Part shown: positions 37,980-51,510 of the stretch, one piece after another
How positions within the stretch are numbered: position 1 is the first letter of the stretch
Layout of the letters: every line of letters starts with the position of its first letter
Source: Octopus bimaculoides
Taxonomy: Eukaryota
Assembly: GCF_001194135.2 (NCBI RefSeq)
Contig: NC_068982.1
Location: forward strand, 133,743,883 to 133,807,882
Direction of reading: 5' to 3'
DNA length: 64,000 bases
Notes under the pieces: generated by a model
The model's input: the letters and a program-made list of their open reading frames with translations, nothing else
Database searches by the model: none
Told to the model about the DNA's origin: nothing
Position numbers and translations under genes: made by a program

Positions 37980-39951
37980 GTAAGTAATTCTTTTAGAATA
38001 TCATCATATTGGGAGACTGGAAAGCTTGACTTTCATATTTTTATTTATTTATTTTCAAGAAGAAAATCTCTTCTTGAAGAGAGAAGAACCAATGATAAAT
38101 ACCTGTCCGAAAGTTTTACTCTATAATCCGGATATGAGTGGCTTAAATGGTAGCGAAGGCTTAAACATTTTGCTGTGTGTTGTTATGCACATCTACTTTA
38201 CCTTTCATATTTGCAGGGATCAATAAAAATAAGTACCAATAAATACTTGGGAGATCAGTTAAAATGATTATACTTTCAACAAAAATTTATAGCCTTCTGA
38301 CACTTACAAAACATTATTATACTCTTGTTAAGCAATGAGTGTTGGCTCTGTTGTGGAAACAACACAGCATCAGTGACTTGGGAGGGCTTGTTGATCTGTT
38401 TGGTTAGTTCTTTAGCCAATTTTATTGATTCCCATCTTTTTGGTGTCAACCATTTCGATTCAGCTATACTGTTAATGCTCTTTATAAAAATATGAACATA
38501 ACTAACGTCCATAATATATATGAGAAACTGATATTATCGTTGCAAGAAGTGAAATGGATTGGCAGAGAACTGGGCCTTGTAGTATATTGTTCTATCTCTT
38601 AAAATCTCAGCAGGATTTTCATTGTACTTTGGTTCATGGGTATCAGATATATCCTGTCGTGTGTTAGAGGTTAGTTCTGCCAACTATATACCCCTGCCCT
38701 AAGAGCATATCCAAACTGTATTTCATTACCATCATTAGTTTAATGTCCACTTTTCTTCCATGCTTGCATGGAATTTTGTTGGGGCAGTTTTTCTACAGAT
38801 GGATGCCTTCTTTGTCACCAACCTTCACCTGTTTCCAGGTAAGGTATTATTTCCCCATGACCAGATGTTTTCATGGAAGACCGAAAATGAAGGACACCAC
38901 TTGCATGACAGTAACACTCATATACAGCTTTCACACAATGTCAAGAAGAGGTGACAGTAACACACTCACACATACAACAGGTTTCTTTCATAAAACGAGA
39001 AGACACTGAATATTTTTCTTCATTTTGATTGTTAACCATTATTTTTATACACAGTCATGGGTTGCATTATTTTTAACTGTAGCAACATCTTCTTCAGCTC
39101 TATATCCTTTCTATTACTGACCACATACTTGTAAAGTAGGAGTCAAACTTATTTGTCAGTCAGGCAGACTATGGCAAGTAGAGTTATGTGACAGGCATAG
39201 CATTAAAGTTTCACCTCATGACTCATGAACTCATGGTCACTTACCCTGTACTTTAATCTCACAGTTTTTTTGTCTCATTTATTTTCAAGAAAAGATAAAA
39301 AAAAGGTAGTGCTTGTCAAAAATATATTAGTTTATATCAAAAGAAATGATCTTTGTACCCAGTCTGTCTCTTTGTCTCTGGTGTTTTGCCTAGATTGCTA
39401 TAATCTGTCTTAATTATGTTTCAGTAAAGGGCCAGTAAGAATTGATCTTTGCTAGAGAGATCTTTTATGGATATTTCTTCTTGGATACTGTTGTTGAGAT
39501 CAAAAATTGTTACTGTTGTTGTTGTTGTCATTAAAAGAGACGTTGTCTCTGATGTTTCACTGATTGAACATTTAGAATTTTGTATCTATTTTACCAGACA
39601 TGAATTACTCTTTTATGCCTCTACATTATTTTCACGGATAGCGTTTATTATCTTGGCTGAATTATTAGAGCATAGGAATAATCACTTATAGTTTTCAGTT
39701 ATGGCCCTTTACATTTAGAGTTCAAATCTTGGCAGGATCAACTCTGCTTGTCATCCTTCCAGGATCAATAAATTAAAGTACTAGTCAAATATGGAGGAGA
39801 ATATAATCCGCTGTTCCCTCACTGGAAGTTCTGATTGAGTCTCATCATAAACATCACTTAATTTCACTTTTCCATGTTTGCATTGGTTTGATGAAATTTT
39901 GTTGAGGCTGGTTTTCTACAGCTGGGTGTTCTTCCTGTTGTCAACCCTCAC

Positions 39952-40193
39952 CGTAAAAAACACCATTTGAGCGTGGCCGTTGCCAGTACCGCCTGACTGG
40001 CCCTCGTGCTGGTGGCACGTAAAAGCACCCACTACACTCTCGGAGTGGTTGGCGTTAGGAAGGGCATCCAGCTGTAGAAACTCTGCCAGATCAGATTGGA
40101 GCCTGGTGCAGCCATCTGGTTCGCCAGTCCTCAGTCAAATCGTCCAACCCATGCCAGCATGGAAAGCGGACATTAAATGATGATGATGATGAT
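39952..40193 (+). mobile_element. Young family B retroposon
   Basis: Near-identical to 6218-6424, with a (GAT)n tail. Confidence 0.9.
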
Positions 40194-40735
40194 TTAAATT
40201 TTTTTTTTCTTTATTGCTGATATCTAGTTTACTTTAGTAATTTGGACATCATTTAATCATGTCCTGATTCATCATCTTGATTGACTCAGGGCTAGGATTA
40301 AACTTTTTTTGTTACTGTATTTCCTTGAACTACACCATCTTTGCTTCAATTAATTTTTAAAATAATGAAGAATTTAGTAAAATGATTGTTATGCTGGTGT
40401 TTGGAATAAATATACATAAAATATTGATGGAATATTTTAATTTAGGTCACTTTAAAACTGTAAGTTTATGTCATAGAACCAGAGGCAGCCTTCAGTAGGT
40501 TGGTATCAAAAAAGTGAATAAGGAAATATGGTAAAAAAACAAAAACAATCTTAATTTAAAGAAAATAAAAGTCTAAAACTAATACATATTCATTTCTCAA
40601 TGAAGTAATGTTGGTCTGGAAAGCCATTTAAGTTAATTATCCTCTCTCTCTTTCTTGCTCTCAGAATGTATGGGCTTATGCCTGTATAAGACAAGATTAT
40701 TATAATTTCGTTAATGATATTGTGCTCTCACACAG

Positions 40736-40750
40736 TTTACGAAATAACTG
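40736..40750 (+). CDS. Candidate 15-nt microexon, phase 1-1; (V)YEIT
   Basis: ttaatgatattgTGCtctcacacag|TTTACGAAATAACTG|gtgagt. Consensus donor, frame-preserving, with a TGC just upstream of the AG. Confidence 0.5.
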
Positions 40751-41593
40751 GTGAGTGATGGCAGTGATGGACACAGACAGCATCAGTTGACTTGGTATGA
40801 ACTGTCAACCTTTCAGTCAGTTTTCCATCTGATCTTATTGATTCAGTTTGCTGTAACTGACTCTTTGGTTTTTATATATTTTTATTTATTTATTTATTTA
40901 TTTGTTAAAGGACATTAAATGAAATTCTTTTTTAGTAAAGTCTACATAAATAGAACTGCAACATTATTTTAATGTGATAAAAAAAATCAAAAACAAAAAG
41001 GAAAACCGATTCCACATCTCCCCCCATCAAAGTCATCACCTATTCCCGCCATTGTCACAATTCTAATTGTGTATTGATTTCAATTCCTTTTTATGAGTGT
41101 AGAAAATTATTATCTTCACCTTTCATCTAACTTATTGTATTTAGTATGCACAATACCCTCCTGTTCTGTCTGTTTCTACACGGATAACTAGCTGATTGAA
41201 TTGGTCTGATGGCTTTCTGGGTTTTTTTTTCCTTTATTTTAATTTTAATTTTATTTTATTTTTCTATTTTGTCTGATCGTTCATAGTTTTCTTGCTCTAC
41301 TAAGGATGGGTTAATTTATTTCTCATCATTAAAAATTTTTCACTCTTACCTTATACCAATTTTTTTTTTCCGGTTTTTGTTTCGTCTATCTGTTTGTTTT
41401 TTAATGTTTTTATTATAAGATGTATTGTGTATGTTTGTTTATTAATGACTGTTTGATTTGTATACCAAATAGTCATTAAATAATAGCTTTTGATATGTGG
41501 CTGTATAGCAAGGTAGAAATGACTGCAATAATACTGTCGCTTGGTTATTTGATTTTATGTATCTATCTATCTGTCTATTTGTTACTACTACAG

Positions 41594-41654
41594 CAAAATT
41601 GTCTATGAAATGACACAATCAACTTCAGTTGATGAAGCAAAAGTAACAAAATAA
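41594..41654 (+). CDS. Candidate alternative terminal exon: (A)KLSMK* in phase 1, or KIVYEMTQSTSVDEAKVTK* in phase 2
   Basis: Acceptor ctatttgttactactacag|CA. AATAAA at 41653-41658 and 41672-41677. The reading frame is ambiguous. Confidence 0.3.
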
Positions 41655-42401
41655 TAAAGTATTTCTGTGAAAATAAATACTTGTAATGACGTTCTTAATT
41701 AGAGCTGTTGGGATGGAGAGGTCCGGTGTGTAGGGTAGGGGAAGCTGAGGTTCTTTATTACAGTAATTATTCTTATCATTTGATTAAATTGAAACTGAAC
41801 TATAGAATCCAATCAAGACTTCAGTTCCTCACACTACCACCAACTCATCATTGCTGTGACTGTTATGATGTGGAGGAACAAGATGATAGGAATAATAATA
41901 ATAATGATTTGCAATTTAGACACAAGGTCATCATCTTTCAAGGGAGGTTATTAGTCAATACGCTCAACTTCAGTGCTTGGTTTTATCTTATCGATCTCAG
42001 TGCATCACTGATACTTAATTTACCTTGAAAGGATCAAAGGCAATGTTGGTCCTGCCAAGATTTGAACTCTGGACATAAAGGGTTAGAATGAGTGTTGGAA
42101 GGTATTTTGTCTGCTGCTCTAATGAATCTGCCAATCTATCATTCTAATAATAATTATCATTTCTGATACTGAAACAGAGCTGAAAATTCGTAGAAGAGGG
42201 ATTTACTTAAGTAACTGTTCTTCAACATATCACTACTATTTATTTCATCTCCTGGTAAGAGGAAAGCGAAACCAAGTTACCTACTGTTTCTGAGAAGAAT
42301 TTGGACTCAAAATATAGAGGAGTAAAACTAAATACTGAAAAACCTTTAGCCTAGGGCTCTTCTTGTCACTCTACCATCTTATATATATATATATATATAT
42401 G

Positions 42402-42769
42402 TTCTTTTATTCTTTCATTTGTTTCAGTCATTTAACTGCAACCATGCTGGAGCACTGCCTTTAGTCAAATCGATTGCAGAAATTTTTCTTTGTAAGCTTA
42501 GTACTTATTCTATCAGTCTCTTTTGCCAAACCGCTAAGTTACGGGGCTGTAAACACATCAACATCAGTAGTCAAGTGATGTTGGAGAAACACACACACAC
42601 ATATACGACAGGCTTCTTTCAGTTTCCGTCTACCAAATCCACTCACAAGGCTTTGGTCAGCCTGAGGCTATAGTAGAAGACACTTACCCAAGGTGCCTCG
42701 CAGTGGGACTGAACCTGGAACCATGTGGTTGGTAAGCAAGCTACTTGCCACACAGCCACTCCTGCACCT
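42402..42769 (-). mobile_element. Full-length young family A SINE inserted in a (TA)n tract
   Basis: The minus strand reads AGGTGCAGGAGTGGCTGTGTGGCAAG...CCAGGTTCAGTCCCACTGCGAGGCACCTTGGG. TA repeats lie on both sides. Confidence 0.9.
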
Positions 42770-43906
42770 ATATATATATATATAAAGCACACGAGAGAAG
42801 CAAAATGGAATTCACAAGATACTTTATTAATTACAATGATCGTTTTGACCCATCTTGCATCAATCCCTCACAGGTGAGATGCTAGACAACTGGTTATGGT
42901 GCAGATAAGTCAGGTGACTTTTCAAAAGGTACCTCATTCAATAAGCTCAGTTTCATTTGGTCAATTATACAGCATGTCATTATTTGCTTGCAGGTGGTTG
43001 CCCATGAGTTTCGTGGTTTCGAATGACATGGAATGAATACAGTTTATTTTTTATATATCAGGTAACCATAGAAAGTGAATGTGCTTTAATTAGCAGACTA
43101 GCAGGTGTATATCCAAGCTTTAATTAACTACTTACTATATATGTATACACACACACACACACACACACACCATTCGAGCATGGTTGATGCCAGTGCCGCC
43201 TGACTGGCCCCATGCCGGAGACACATAAAAAGCACCATTCGAGCGTGGTCGATGCCAGTACCGCCCGACTGGTCCTAGTGTTCAACTGATACTTAATTTA
43301 TTGAACCCAACAGGATGAAAAGCAAAGTCAACCCCAGTTGAATTTGAACTCAGAACGTAGCAGCAGATGAAATACCGCTCAGCATTTCACTTAGCATGGG
43401 AATGATTCTGCCAGCTCACCACCTTACATAATAATAATGATAATAACAACAACAACATAAGCATGAATGATTTAGATTATTTAAGCTTCTTGCCATGGAA
43501 CACTACACAATTCTGTCTAAATGTTTTAAGATGAATTGTTGTTAACAAGATTATAATTTTTGGACTATTAACGTCAATCTTTATGGAAATATTGAATAAT
43601 CTTTTATGTCTAAAGATGAGATTTAATAGTCTGAAAAATTATAATCTTACTGTGTAATAGATTTTGTGTTAGATTTTGCATTGTTGTTACTAAGCATCTA
43701 TACATTTTTAATTCCACTTTGGAGTGATGCTTATAGAATTGTGAATTAAGGAACACCTTATTATTATCACTTCTTTCAGAAAGGCCTGAACTCAATACTA
43801 CAAGCTAGGTCAGACATTCGTCAATCATATTACTGCTGCTACTTACAGCTATTCCTCCTGTGGTGTAGCTGCTTACAGATCAAAGCCATCAAGGGAGCCT
43901 CTACAT

Positions 43907-44157
43907 CAGTGGCTTTCAATCATTTTTTTTCTCTATGGACCCCTTTGAGTACTCTTCTATTCTGGTAGAGCCCTATAGCCATTTGATGTTTAAAGACTAG
44001 TTTTATAGATACTTCTTTCAAAATTCCTATTTTGTTATTCAAACATTAACTTGTGTAGGTTTAGAAAGAAACATAGCTGTTTCTTGCAATAAATTACATG
44101 ACATACTACTACAGATCCCCAACTTACTATCTTATAGACCCGACTTGAGAACCACTA
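43907..44157. mobile_element. hAT-type MITE
   Basis: Ends CAGTGGCTTTCAA and TTGAGAACCACT(A) form a degenerate CAGTGGTTCTCAA TIR. Confidence 0.55.
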
Positions 44158-46019
44158 TACATTGTTGCTCAGCCTGCTAGAATCAGAAACTAAAGCTCAC
44201 TAAACTCTTGATGCCAACTTGCCTGAGAATACCCTGGTTCTGTGATACAAACTTTCTGTTCTCAAGTGATCTAAAATAAACCTTCTGTCAAAGTTTTATG
44301 TTAAGTTATGTTCCAAACACCATCTTAATAATAACAAAGTTATTTTACTTAATTCATTAATTTTAAAATCGATTAAAACTGACAGTGTATTTCATTAGAA
44401 ATATTGTTACAAAAGGGCTAATTTGTACTCAACTGTCTGGAAATGTTTGATGCATTGAATAATGTTGTCCCAGATACACATAGTTTGTGGGACTACATTA
44501 TCCAAGTATTTATTTTAAAGACTGGTACATCATCTTGCTGCTCACTATTAATCAAACCACTGTTAAATACATAAACTAAAGTACCAATTATTTTTAAATG
44601 ATGTCAATAAAAGACATAGACAGACAGACATACACACGCAATGGGCTTTTGCACAGTTTCCCCTTATTAATTTCATTCACAAGGTATTGATCAGGCTATA
44701 GTAGAAGGCTATAAGGCTAATGGGACCAAACCTGAAACCACATGGTTGGGAAGCACAATTTTTTTCTTTTTTCTTATCTTTTGAGGACTCCAAACAATAT
44801 GTTTATTAGGGTTGTATCCCTTGTATATTGAGATTAGCTCCTGTTGCAGTAGTTGTCGTTTAGCCTGATGTCACCCCTGATTAAGCAAACGTGTAGTCAA
44901 AAGCATTCAAGCTTTTGCCATTCCGTTTTATATTTAGGAATAGCTAGGACTGTATTATCTAATGCATCGTTCAAGCAGTATGAGGTATTTTGACTGCTAC
45001 TTTTAAAAGGTTGAGTGATTTTGTTAAGACTCCCTCGTGCAGTAGTACTTGAAATAGCAAATGAATAAGAAGATACATTTACCGTTAATGCTATCCTAAT
45101 TATTATGCAAATAAACTCCATTGTTGAATGGAATATACCACAGTCAATGCTAACAAGCAGTAACTACAAACTAGCAAACATTAAAATTCTAATTAAGTAG
45201 TTGTTCAGCTTGACATAAGGCCCGATGATAAAGTGATCAATAGTTAGTATAAAATATGGGTCAGTTTGGAGAATCATGTTTGTTGCTTGACAAGGTGTAG
45301 TTACAATCAGGTCAGTGTACTAGATTAGTCATTGAATAGGTGCTGTTTATAAATAGGTCACAACAGTTTTGTTGAAGAAAGCAAACTTTTGTTGGCAAGA
45401 CAAAAGAACAGGTGATAGGGAAAACTTCCTTGTTTATTTAATCTAAGACTTTTTAGATATCAATATTTGTGTCTTTTTTTTTACTTACTTCAGTCACTGG
45501 ACTGCGGCCATGCTGGGGCACTGCTTTGAAAGGTTTTGTTGAACAAATTGCCCCCAGTACTCATTTGCTTTTTAAAGTCTTTGTTTTTTGGGGGGGGTTT
45601 TTTGCCAAATCTCTAAGATATAGGAATGTAAACAAATCAACACAGTTTGTCAGGTGGTGTTGTGGGGAGGGGAGACAAACAACAAAGACATGCACACATG
45701 CATATGTACTTATACACACTCTTCCACACTACCAAATTCACTCACAAGGCATCTGTTGGCCCGAGGGCATAGTAGAAGCTGCTTGCCCAAGGTGCCATAT
45801 AGTAGGTTTGAACCCAAAACCATATAGTTACAAAGTCGGTTTCATAACTACACAGCCATGCTTGTGTCTTTAAAACCAAAGGATGCTAATGTACTTTTTT
45901 TTTTTTCTTCACTATTATTTTAAATGGGCTAATGTTATAAGTTTTTTAATTCTTTACGTTGAACTTTAGTTTTGGTAATCTTACTTAGGGTTGCACATGT
46001 GTAGATGCATAATACAAAT

Positions 46020-47250
46020 GTTTATCAATTCAGGCACATGGAGATATCCTTGGATATGCTAGGTTACTTTCCTACATATATGTATTATATTGAAAGGCAG
46101 CCACAATTGATAGGCATGTTAAATACAATCTATCTCCATAGTATGTTGGTGTTTTGAAAGTTCTTCTGTAAAGGTTTCTATTGCAAAATTGCAGTGCTCC
46201 AGTAAGGATATGCATCATTGGCTGGAACAAAAAGAACAATACTTCTTTTCCTCCATAGTCTTTGTTCAATGGAAGTTTTGAGTTCAGTATTGTACCCACC
46301 AGTTGCTTTGTCATAAACATACTTATCAGTTAAAGAATTTAATTCAAGAACTCTGCCATTATTCATACTGTATATTTTAGTCCAAATGAAATGTTGCTCA
46401 GGTTTTTTTTATACACTCTGATATTCCTGGTATGATCTGGCATGAGGAAATGAGACCAAACTACTTGGCAGTCTTGTTGCATAGCAGGGGTTCTCAAACC
46501 AAAGTCTGTTACCTCGAGGGGCATACAAGAGAAATTGCATAGTGAGGTTTGCAAAAACTCTGGAATTTTAAAGTAATTGCAACCAATTTAATGTAGTAAA
46601 ATGTCTAGATGATGTGTGGAGAGCCTTTTGTTGTTGCCATTTATTCATTGTGTTTGGTAACCACAAATAAATTCCATGCAAAACTGTTGACTGAAATTGA
46701 TATAAGGTTGTGCCTCTATGAAACTCTGCTTAGAATTGAGATACTTGTTTGAAAGCCAAGCTCATCCGCCTCATTAAAAAAGTTAAATCAAAACGATTTC
46801 TTACATTGGAACATGGCCAAAAGTTTTGAGGGAGGGAACAGTCATTTGTATTGACTCTAACACTTGACTGATACTTTATTCTGTTGGCTCCAGAATGATG
46901 AAAAGCAAAGCTGACCACAGAAGAATTTGAACTCTTTAAATTAAATTATATCAATCACAAGTCTCACTTGTCTATTGTCTGTACTTTAGTATCCAACCAT
47001 TTTACACTGTATTCTTCACAATGAGTACACCAACATTGCCAGCCATGATGAAAGGCTACACTGGAAGAAACTGTAGGAGAACCTCAGTCTAGCTTCAACA
47101 AACTTTTGGCATGGAATCCAATAGATGAATAATTTGATGGCAACCGAATAAATGAATCTGGAATTTATATCAATGACTTCATTTAACATTTCAGACAAAC
47201 TTTTGTATATGACTGTAATAGTTCTTATAAAATATTCATTCACATTTTTT
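46020..47250 (-). mobile_element. Possible decayed L1/Tx1-like LINE ORF2 remnants, interrupted by a hAT-like piece starting CAGGGGTTCTCAAAC at 46485 and by a SINE fragment
   Basis: The minus-strand peptides FIRTITVIYK...CSLSSWLAMLVYSL and LPLNKDYGG resemble L1/Tx1 RT and post-RT motifs only loosely. Confidence 0.25.
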
Positions 47251-48529
47251 AATTAACTGCTGGGCTAATATATTTCAAATGATATAAAAAGCTCGACTCT
47301 AGCTTGACAAAGGCAGTAAAGAGTTATCAGAAATATAGAATAGAATGTGTTGTTCCATATTTAATTTCCATTTATGACACCCATGTTGACTGCCTGAGAA
47401 ATCTCTCATCCAATTTCTTTACAAATTGGAATTTCATCCTTAGCAATACATATTCTATTTGGTAAAATGATGCCAAGAGCATGTTCAATTTTATTTTTCA
47501 TTCTCTTTTTTCACTTTTCTATTTTCAATTTGTTTTTCTTTTCAAAATCATGCTACAATTATTTAAATTTCCATTAAAACACTTGCAAATTTGACCTGTT
47601 AAAGGTTAATCAACTTAAATCATAAAATTCTTTAATTGCCTCTCTTATTGTTAAAATGCTTGATCCTCTTTTTCCTGTTTCTCAGTTAATGGCACTATTT
47701 AGTAGAAGAATTAATGACTCTTAATTGTTCAAAAGTTATGGCTATTGCATTTTGAGGATATGAAAGGAAACTTAAGTCTTTGAAACATCTAATTATCTCT
47801 GTATTAAAAGGAACTGTTCATTTTACTATTATTTTAACGTTTTTTGGAAGGGTTTTTTTCCATTTTTTTCTCTTAACCACACAAAAAATTTGACTAAATT
47901 TATTTTTTAAAATTTTATTGATTAATTTTTTTCATAGACTTTAGATATGTTTTATCAACAACAACTAATTAATTTTCTTTACTTCAATATTCTATTGATT
48001 ACATTTTATTTTCTCACATAGTATTAGTTTAAGGCAGTATTTCGATGTTATTTTCCTTTATTTATTCACTTTCACATTTTCTAGTTTTCTTTAATGTTGG
48101 TACCCCAAAGTTATATATCTTAATATCTTAGCTAATTTACTTTCAGAACTTTAAAAATATTATTATTACTATCATCATCTTTATTATTATTTTATCACTA
48201 TGCCAAGACTATTTACTATGGATTTGCTGCCCCCTGGTTGGAAAACACTTAATGTGATTAGTCAATGGTATCCAATGTATAGTTATTGGTATTTAATATC
48301 CCCCACTGACTGAGAGCATGGAAATAGGCTAATCAACTGGTGTGTTGTCAGATCACAAGAGAGTTTAAATCCTCAATGGTTACTATTGTATTTTTAAGTA
48401 ATGTATTTATTCTTACATATCTTAGTTTACTTGGCTGTCAAAAATCTGTACAAAAGCTGCTGGGAATGTTAGCTATGGTATTTTTGTTTCAGAAAAATAA
48501 ACTATCTAAGGGTGATTACCAAAGTAGAC

Positions 48530-49020
48530 CATCATCATCAACATCATCATTTAATGTCCGTTGTCCATGCTAGCATGGGTTGGACAGTTTGACCGGGCTG
48601 GCATGCTGGAAGGCTGCACCAGACTCCAGTCTGATTTAGCATGGTTTTCTATGGCTGGATGCCCTTCCTGACACCAACCACTCAGAGTGTAATGGGTGCT
48701 TTTATCTGCCACCAGCACAGGTGCCATTTGCATGACTTGGGGTGCTTTTACATCTCACTAGCATGGGTGCCATTTGTGTGACATCGGTATCTGCCACAAT
48801 TGCGATTTTGCTCAGCTTGATGGGTCTTCTACTCAAGCACGACATAATGCCAAAGGTCTTGGTCATTGCCTCCATGTGGCTCAACACTTGAAAGGAACTT
48901 GGCCTCTTTGCCTCTATGAGGCCCAATGCTCGAAAGGAACTTGGCCACTTTGCCTCTGTGAGGCCCAACGCTTTAAAGGAACTCAGCCACTTTGCCTCCA
49001 CGAGGCCCAACGCTCAAAAG
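48530..49020 (-). mobile_element. Long family B retroposon copy containing a 42-bp tandem repeat
   Basis: (CAT)n tail at about 48530. Units AAAGGAACTTGGCC.CTTTGCCTC..TGAGGCCCAA.GCT.. at 48891, 48933 and 48975, with a degenerate unit at about 48852. Confidence 0.85.
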
Positions 49021-49630
49021 GTGATATTAATTTAGATAAATTAGGTATAGAGTGATGTACAGAATGATGTACGTAAAAACATTCTCAATTAGTTGAATTA
49101 TGTCATTTAGTTGAAGAAAGAATGAAACATAACCTAGTACTTACTGTTAGCTGTTCTTGTGGAAAAAGGGGAAATAATTTTGAGAAACTAAGAATTAATG
49201 TCATGAAAATATCAATTTGAATACACCCTAGGTAATTAAGTACTCTCTGCACTTACACAATTGCTCCCCTCACCCACTTCTGGCCTTGCTGCTGGTATTG
49301 ATCTACACCATCCCCCCACCCCAGTGATCTCTGTGCTTTGGCTAAGTACTCTTTACATTGTCCTGTGTACAAAGCACTACCTCTCATGTAATGGTGCCAC
49401 AACAGAAAGCCAACTAATCATGCACCCTCATGAGTAACCTGGTGAGTGAGGCAATCTCTCTGTTACTGGTACCACACTGTAAAGTGGTTGGCGAATGAGC
49501 AGAGAATGTGTAGGGTTCTGAGATCCCTTTTATTCAACCTCTTTAGTGTTGGTACCACAGGAAAACATACCCAGTACACTGTAAAAGTTTTGATGTAAAG
49601 TAGGATCTTCAGCTGTAGAAATCAAGCCAA

Positions 49631-49709
49631 ATGACATGAATACCTGTCTATGGATACCATGACATGAATACCAGTCATTTACCAAAATGACATGAATACC
49701 AGTCATTTT
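49631..49709. repeat. 28-bp tandem repeat, about 3 copies, inside a family B copy
   Basis: ATGACATGAATACC starts at 49631, 49659 and 49687. Confidence 0.9.
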
Positions 49710-50238
49710 CAGCTTCCAATAAGAAGTGACTTGGACCATGACAACCTCTACAACCAATGCCAGCATGGAAAGTGGACATAAGATGATGATAATGTTTGAG
49801 GGGGAGAAAATCTGATCTTTGTTACTAAGCATGGTAACAGCTATAAGCATGTTTTTTGGTCTTATTGGGCCTTGTCAGTGAAACTGAAATTCAGGCCTGT
49901 TTGGTCAGTGGATAGAGATTTCACTTTTGGAGAAATCAGTCAAAACAAAGAGTTCTAACCAGTAATAATTTGTATTATTTTAAAAAGTGAGCTAAGGAAA
50001 GTAACAAGGTGATATACTTACTGAATAATGTTTGCAGAAAATTCACATTCAACCTAAATTTGTCCCTTATTTGGAGAAAGAAAACAAGATCCTGTGTTTA
50101 GCTATGATGTTTCAATGGGGTTTCTGTACTGCAAAACATGATCTTTGGTATAAGACCAGGTCCTTAAAAGAATCTTTTGGTTTAGGGAAATTGGTGATGG
50201 AATAAACCTTTCTTTATCCAGGGAAAGATTTATTCCAT

Positions 50239-50300
50239 CTGGTTTTTAAAAGACACTTTTGGTTAAGACCTGGTTTTTAAAAGACCCTTTTGGTTAAGAA
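50239..50300. repeat. 31-bp tandem duplication
   Basis: CTGGTTTTTAAAAGACACTTTTGGTTAAGAC followed by CTGGTTTTTAAAAGACCCTTTTGGTTAAGAA. Confidence 0.9.
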
Positions 50301-51004
50301 ATTTTTATTTGAAAGTACCTTCAAGGCAAGTAAGTGGTCAACAGTTCCTTATACTCTCTCAATAGAATTGTGTGGTTCACAACTAAAATACTGAATTTAT
50401 AAGTGGCCCTCTCCTAGCTATAATTAGAATCAAAACAACTAGCACTATAAAATTGACAAGTGATTTACTAGTTTGCAGTGCCAAGAACAATTCCTTAGGA
50501 GTCTGAAATTATTCCACCAGTCAGATTTAAACCAGAGTCCACAATGTAATCATTTTGGTCTGCATTGCCATTGCAACTGAATCTTGGTTCTGACTGTCAT
50601 CTGCTGGACAATAACTGACTTTCAAGTGTAACTGTATGATTTAGAAATTTGCTTTTCAGCTTTGTGTCCAGTCCCACTGTGTCTTCTATTGTGGTCCTGA
50701 GTTGATCAAAGCCTTGTGAGTGGATTTGGCAGATGGAAACTGAAAGAAGCCTGTCACACATGTATGCGGGTTTTTTTGTATTTATGTGTACCTTTGCCTT
50801 GCCATCACATGATGGTTGTGAATGAGGATTGCTGTCATGTTGTTGTTTGTTTCTTCTATGAAAATCATGTCTGGCCATGGAGAAATTTTTTCAGTTTACT
50901 TGGCAACAAGAAAGGTATCTGACCATGAAGAATCTGCCTCATCAGATTCCATCTGACCCATGCAAGCATGGAAAAAATGGACATTAAATGATGATGGTGA
51001 TCAA

Positions 51005-51041
<37 letters not shown>

Positions 51042-51462
51042 GGTGGTGAGCTAGTAGAATTGTTATCACATTGGACAAAATGTTTAATGATATTTCTCCT
51101 AGCTTTACATTCTGAGTTCAAGTTCTGTCAAGGTTGACTTTGCTTTTCATCCTTTTAGTGTTGTTAAAATAAGTACCAGTCAAGCACTGGAGTCAATATA
51201 ATTGACTTCCCCTTCTCCTCAGAAACAGGTAGCTCTGTGCCAAAATTTGAAACGGTTATTATTCAGATTTCAGTATTTGTACCCGTGTGATCTGTTAGAA
51301 ATTTTCTAAAATTATATATTTCGGAGTTGTGTCACTTGTGACTTGATCTGAGACCACATATTGAAACGAAAGCAACCACAGCTATTTGATCAGACACAAG
51401 GCTGTTAAATTCACTTAAAATTTAAATTTATTTCATGAAGTGTCAAAATTTCTGTTGGACAG

Positions 51463-51510
51463 CTTGAACCTGGTATCGACACAGTTCCAGATGTTGCAGT
51501 GAAGTTGTGT
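51463..51510 (+). CDS. Candidate exon, 48 nt, phase 0-0; LEPGIDTVPDVAVKLC
   Basis: Acceptor aatttctgttggacag|CTT and donor TGT|gtcagt. Frame 0 is the only frame open across it, and it joins in frame to 52298. Confidence 0.4.

Noticed and set aside
44938-44984. Apparent phase 1-0 exon GIARTVLSNASFKQYE that would link the two exon groups
   Set aside because: The sequence is the reverse complement of the family E repeat body (CTAGGACT..ATTATC.AATG...GCTGCTATTTCTAG), so its splice-like sites are repeat-derived.
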